A stretch of DNA of 33,899 nt from an uncultured Clostridia bacterium (lineage in GTDB: Bacteria > Bacillota > Clostridia > Christensenellales > UBA1242): contig CALVTI010000036.1 in NCBI GenBank assembly GCA_944361835.1, positions 1-33,899 of the forward strand, read 5' to 3'. Shown here in pieces: positions 30,794-33,899 of the stretch. The notes below the pieces were generated by a model. The model made no database searches and was not told where the DNA came from. It was given only the letters and a program-made list of their open reading frames with translations. The translations under genes were made by a program, and so were the position numbers. The stretch's first letter is position 1; each line of letters starts with the position of its first letter.

Positions 30794-31674
30794 CAAAGCT
30801 CACAAACTTTCTTGACGACAAGAGCTTAAGCGAAAAAGAGCTGAAAGAGGCAAGAAGAGAATGGTTTACAAATCAAGCCATCAGCGACGACGAGTACCTC
30901 ACAGGGGAGTTTGAGTTGAAATGCAAAAATTGCAATGGGAACAGGTTCTGGCAACACAACTCGTTCATAGTGCCTTGCATTTGCAAGTGCCAGGCAACAA
31001 AGCTGAAAGAGGAACGAGAGCTAGAGCTCAAAGCTAGGAGGGCTGAGCATTTTGAAAAACTTAAACAAGCTAGCCTCTTAGGCGAGAGATACAAAAACGC
31101 AAACTTTGACAACTTGGACATGAATAGGCCTCAAGATTTCATCGAAGCTGTGAAGCGTTGCAAGAAGTTTTGCGAGAACTGGGAAGAGGTAAAGCGAGGG
31201 GGCTTAGGAATATATCTTTACGGTGATGTAGGGACCGGGAAGAGCCTTTTGACCGCTTGTATTGGGAATAGTCTTTTGCTAAAGTCGGTGCCAGTGCTCT
31301 TTACAAACTTTTTTGAGATAGCAAAGCAAATCAAGAAAACCTTCACGGACAGCTCGATGACCGAAAGCGATTTTGTAGAAAAGCTTGGGGCAATAGACCT
31401 ACTCATAATCGATGACATCGGTACGGAGATTGTGGTTAAGAATGGAGAAAAGACTTGGCTACAAGACAAAATCTACGACATTATCAACACCAGGTACATA
31501 AACAAAAAGTCGACCATCTTTTCGAGCAATGAGAGCTTAGTGGACTTAGTAGAAAAGTGTGGGCTTATGAAGAAGACAGTAGACAGAATCGCTTCAATGT
31601 CTACCGCAAAAATAAAACTGCAAGGGACAAGCTATAGGCTGATTGAACAGCAAGCTAGCGATATCCCGTTTTAG
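30790..31674 (+). CDS. DnaC/IstB-like AAA+ helicase loader with an N-terminal Cys cluster
   Basis: Walker A is GDVGTGKS and Walker B is LLIIDDIG. A CKNCNG...C.C.C cluster lies at the N-terminus. The start is ATG 30790. Confidence 0.8.
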   Translation: MTKLTNFLDDKSLSEKELKEARREWFTNQAISDDEYLTGEFELKCKNCNGNRFWQHNSFIVPCICKCQATKLKEERELELKARRAEHFEKLKQASLLGERYKNANFDNLDMNRPQDFIEAVKRCKKFCENWEEVKRGGLGIYLYGDVGTGKSLLTACIGNSLLLKSVPVLFTNFFEIAKQIKKTFTDSSMTESDFVEKLGAIDLLIIDDIGTEIVVKNGEKTWLQDKIYDIINTRYINKKSTIFSSNESLVDLVEKCGLMKKTVDRIASMSTAKIKLQGTSYRLIEQQASDIPF

Positions 31675-31681
31675 AGGGTAT

Positions 31682-31957
31682 ATGAAATCAATTCTTCAGC
31701 AGAGAAAGGAATGTTACATAACAAGGTCGACAGACGACTTGCACAAGCACCATATCTATCCAGGTTCCAACAGAGCAATAAGTGAAAAGCATGGCTTCTG
31801 GATATATCTAAGAAGCGACTGGCATACAGGTTCAAGCTATTGTGTCCATGCAGACCCAGAGCTAATGTTAAAGCTTAAAAAGCTCTGCCAAGCCAAATAC
31901 GAGCTCAATCATTCCAGAGATGAGTTTATAGTCCTCATAGGCCGGAGCTATTTGTAG
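31682..31957 (+). CDS. Small His/Cys-motif protein (DUF968/NinG-like?)
   Basis: ATG 31682 follows AGAGGG. The motif is ECYITRSTDDLHKHHIYPGSNRAISEKHGFWIYLRSDWHTG...VH. Confidence 0.4.
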   Translation: MKSILQQRKECYITRSTDDLHKHHIYPGSNRAISEKHGFWIYLRSDWHTGSSYCVHADPELMLKLKKLCQAKYELNHSRDEFIVLIGRSYL

Positions 31958-31966
31958 TGTGGCGAT

Positions 31967-32176
31967 ATGAGAAAAAATCTAATCATAGAGTTTATGGCTG
32001 ACGATAGGTTTGAGTTCGTAACAAGAATTTTCGAGAACACTGAAGCTATGGCAAAAGAGCTTGGATGTTCAAAGGGTTACTGCCAAAGCATAATGACAAA
32101 AAAAGTAAATCATAAAAACCGCAGATATGAAAGAGTGTGGTTTGAAAATGAAGAAAAGCTAGATGACGACATGTAA
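31967..32176 (+). CDS. Small putative HTH protein
   Basis: 69 aa. The segment AMAKELGCSKGYCQSIMTKK is HTH-like. Confidence 0.4.
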   Translation: MRKNLIIEFMADDRFEFVTRIFENTEAMAKELGCSKGYCQSIMTKKVNHKNRRYERVWFENEEKLDDDM

Positions 32177-32204
32177 AAACAAATGGAAATTTAAGGGGAG
32201 AAAA

Positions 32205-32591
32205 ATGGAACTATCAAAAGAACAAATGGAAAAAATTATTAGTGCAAATAATAAGGTTGCAGATTGTTATAAAGAACTTTCAAAAGCTCGCCAAGAACTT
32301 TGGGAAGCAGAAAAGGACTTGACTGAGTGCGAGTGGCGAAACACTAAAATAAGCTATTGGAAAGACATTTGCGCAAAGTATCCAGAAGACAAACTGCTAA
32401 ACTGCTATGGTGACATATTCTTCATTGATAAAAAAGACGCAGATTTTGACACGAACTACTATTTAGGCCGCAGGGTTCTTTGGAATTTATCTTTGAGCGA
32501 AGAGCAATATGAGATTGAAGAGAAAATAGAGCACGACAGTGATGGTTTTTATGACTATACAGACTATGAGATAAAGGTGGTGCTAAAATGA
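32205..32591 (+). CDS. Hypothetical acidic protein
   Basis: ATG 32205 follows AAGGGGAG. The product is 128 aa. Confidence 0.5.
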   Translation: MELSKEQMEKIISANNKVADCYKELSKARQELWEAEKDLTECEWRNTKISYWKDICAKYPEDKLLNCYGDIFFIDKKDADFDTNYYLGRRVLWNLSLSEEQYEIEEKIEHDSDGFYDYTDYEIKVVLK

Positions 32592-33052
32592 AGCGAGAAG
32601 AAATCGAAAAAGCCATAGAGAAAGGTGAGAGTGTGTGGGTAGTTACTAATGAGCCAGAGATACTGGACTTCAAAAAGATAAACAAGAGAGATATACATTT
32701 AGAAGATGGGCAGTTAGAAATTGATACTTACTATGGTGAGTTGTCAAGTGATATTTATCAGTTTGAAGAACTATTCAAAACCAAAGCCGAAGCCGAACAC
32801 TACTTGCACCACGCAAACATCTCACGCACTGAAACACTGCCGTTACTGACTTGGGAAGAGTTTTTGGAAGAAAAGGAAATTGAGTTTACAGATATTAACG
32901 GAGTTTTAACTTGGCTATACATTGTTGAAAATAATACTCCTAATATACAACTTGAAAATAGGTATGAAAAACTTAAAATGTGGGACTTAACCGAAGCCAA
33001 CTTTTACAAAGCTTATGACGAGTGTGTAAAATTGTTTAAGGGGGATGTATGA
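32588..33052 (+). CDS. Hypothetical protein
   Basis: 154-aa ORF, ATGA-coupled to the upstream ORF. Confidence 0.55.
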   Translation: MKREEIEKAIEKGESVWVVTNEPEILDFKKINKRDIHLEDGQLEIDTYYGELSSDIYQFEELFKTKAEAEHYLHHANISRTETLPLLTWEEFLEEKEIEFTDINGVLTWLYIVENNTPNIQLENRYEKLKMWDLTEANFYKAYDECVKLFKGDV

Positions 33053-33228
33053 GCAAATTAGTATTTTACAAAATTAGAAATGCCGAGTGTGATTTTTGCG
33101 GTAAGCATAAGGAAGTAGTTACATCTGTGAATGAGAACACTTATATTTGTGCGAACTGTGCAAAAGAGATAAATAAACACGCAAGAATAAATGAGTTCGT
33201 TGTTAAACAAGAAAAGGAGCAGTTATGA
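33049..33228 (+). CDS. 59-aa zinc-ribbon protein, absent from the supplied ORF track
   Basis: My own translation gives MSKLVFYKIRNAECDFCGKHKEVVTSVNENTYICANCAKEINKHARINEFVVKQEKEQL. It has ATGA overlaps at both ends and a CxxC-x17-CxxC motif. Confidence 0.55.
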   Translation: MSKLVFYKIRNAECDFCGKHKEVVTSVNENTYICANCAKEINKHARINEFVVKQEKEQL

Positions 33229-33515
33229 ACGAAACAAAAGTGTATGTAGATGAGTTGCCTGAGAGTTGTTGGGATTGTTTTTGTCAAGATAGCGAGAATG
33301 GTCGTTGTAAAATACTTGGTAAGTATGTCGATTATGTTCCGAAAGACTGTCCACTCGTTGACGTCAAAACCCACGACCGAGAGTTAGTGGCAAAAGTATT
33401 TGAAAAAATAAAATCAAAATTTAATTATTATGAGTTAGTTGATGAGATTAAAGAAGAAATTGACTTTGATAAAATGAAAAACTATATTTTAGACCAAATA
33501 CAAAAAGGAGTTTGA
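33225..33515 (+). CDS. Cys-rich small protein
   Basis: 96 aa, with CWDCFC...GRCK...DCP motifs and an AAGGAG RBS. Confidence 0.5.
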   Translation: MNETKVYVDELPESCWDCFCQDSENGRCKILGKYVDYVPKDCPLVDVKTHDRELVAKVFEKIKSKFNYYELVDEIKEEIDFDKMKNYILDQIQKGV

Positions 33516-33518
33516 GAA

Positions 33519-33797
33519 GTGATTAAAAAAGTAGATGTGACTATTGTTTGCAAAGCCGAGAAAGACAATGTCTTTGATGGCTTTGATGACGAGAAGATAA
33601 TAAAAATACTTGACGAGTCTGCGGGAAAAGTGAACAACGAATGTTGCAAGGTTAGCATCCAGCCCAATTTAAGGTGGCAGAAGTTGAAAGAGTGGTTGGC
33701 TAAAATGCAATCTAAATATGGCGAAAATGCCACAATTAGGCTCAAATCAATGGAAAAGCAAATGCACATTATAGAGTTGGAGGGAGAAGATGAGTAA
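33519..33797 (+). CDS. Hypothetical protein
   Basis: 92-aa ORF with a GTG start after AAAGGAG. Confidence 0.45.
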   Translation: MIKKVDVTIVCKAEKDNVFDGFDDEKIIKILDESAGKVNNECCKVSIQPNLRWQKLKEWLAKMQSKYGENATIRLKSMEKQMHIIELEGEDE

Positions 33798-33899
33798 AGA
33801 ACGATTTGAATGGATATACAATGAAAAAGTTCTTAAACATTATATTTTTGATAATTTAGAACATAAACAGTTGGCATACAAAGATATTATTTATTTGCT
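33790..33899 (+). CDS. Hypothetical protein, 3'-truncated by the window end
   Basis: ATG 33790 follows GGAGGGAG. The frame stays open to the end of the window (MSKERFEWIYNEKVLKHYIFDNLEHKQLAYKDIIYL...). Confidence 0.4.
   Translation, partial: MSKERFEWIYNEKVLKHYIFDNLEHKQLAYKDIIYL

Larger units (their letters stand above)
1..33899. mobile_element. Near-complete temperate phage / prophage genome (packaging, head, tail, lysis-position, integration, immunity, recombination/replication and early accessory modules)
   Basis: The modules are contiguous and co-oriented. Integrase, an S24 repressor and an attP-like tRNA 3' fragment are present. No host housekeeping genes were seen. Confidence 0.9.

Noticed and set aside
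33141-33374. 77-aa minus-strand ORF
   Set aside because: It overlaps two coupled + strand Cys-motif ORFs (33049-33228 and 33225-33515) that have RBSs and ATGA junctions.
1-33899. Idea that the host is a wall-less Mollicute using genetic code 4, which would explain the missing endolysin
   Set aside because: TGA clearly functions as a stop codon (there are many ATGA start/stop overlaps), and Trp is encoded by TGG throughout. A standard-code wall-less or atypical-envelope host cannot be excluded, but nothing in the sequence supports one.
33790-33899. Treating the window ends as a circular junction, fusing the last partial ORF to the first partial ORF
   Set aside because: Joining base 33899 to base 1 puts the last ORF out of frame with the ORF that is open from base 1, and a stop appears after 5 codons. 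Contiguity of the ends cannot be established from this window.

Overview
The window reads as a near-complete genome of a temperate, tail-knob (podovirus-like) phage or prophage of a low-GC Gram-positive-type host. Supporting signs are AGGAGG-type RBSs, standard genetic code with TGA used as stop, and many ATGA start/stop overlaps. Almost all genes are on the + strand.

Gene order:
- 1-2349: small early/accessory ORFs.
- 2471-2974: a sigma-region-4/RinA-ArpU-like late regulator.
- 2975-3206: a structured, GC-rich leader ending in a terminator-like hairpin.
- 3207-5088: small and large terminase.
- 5097-12258: head module with scaffold, major capsid and a probable portal.
- 12245-14767: an 840-aa phi29 gp9-like tail knob.
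- 14760-15245: a lipoprotein gene on the minus strand.
- 15373-21519: a fibre with HxH repeats and two BspA-type LRR receptor-binding candidates.
- 21537-24031: a cassette of membrane and coiled-coil proteins.
- 24045-24355: an attP-like region carrying the 3' end of a tRNA (Leu-like).
- 24356-25507: tyrosine integrase (-).
- 25532-26158: LexA/S24-type CI repressor (-).
- 26175-26262: divergent consensus promoters, then cro-like and Xis-like genes.
- 27741-30000: recombination module (Rad52/Sak-like SSAP, YqaJ-like exonuclease, NinB-like, ERCC4-like nuclease).
- 29978-31674: replisome organiser and DnaC-like loader.
- 31682-33899: more small early ORFs.

I saw no rRNA, complete tRNA, CRISPR array, transposase or reverse transcriptase.

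The most interesting open points are:
- No recognisable endolysin anywhere, with only membrane proteins at the lysis position.
- Two proteins sharing an N-terminal module but carrying different C-terminal domains, flanking the scaffold and capsid genes.
- The antisense lipoprotein gene inside the tail module.
- The structured late leader upstream of terS.
- A consensus promoter with no ORF that faces outward across attP.

All homology statements come from motif recognition by eye and recalled family signatures, not from searches.
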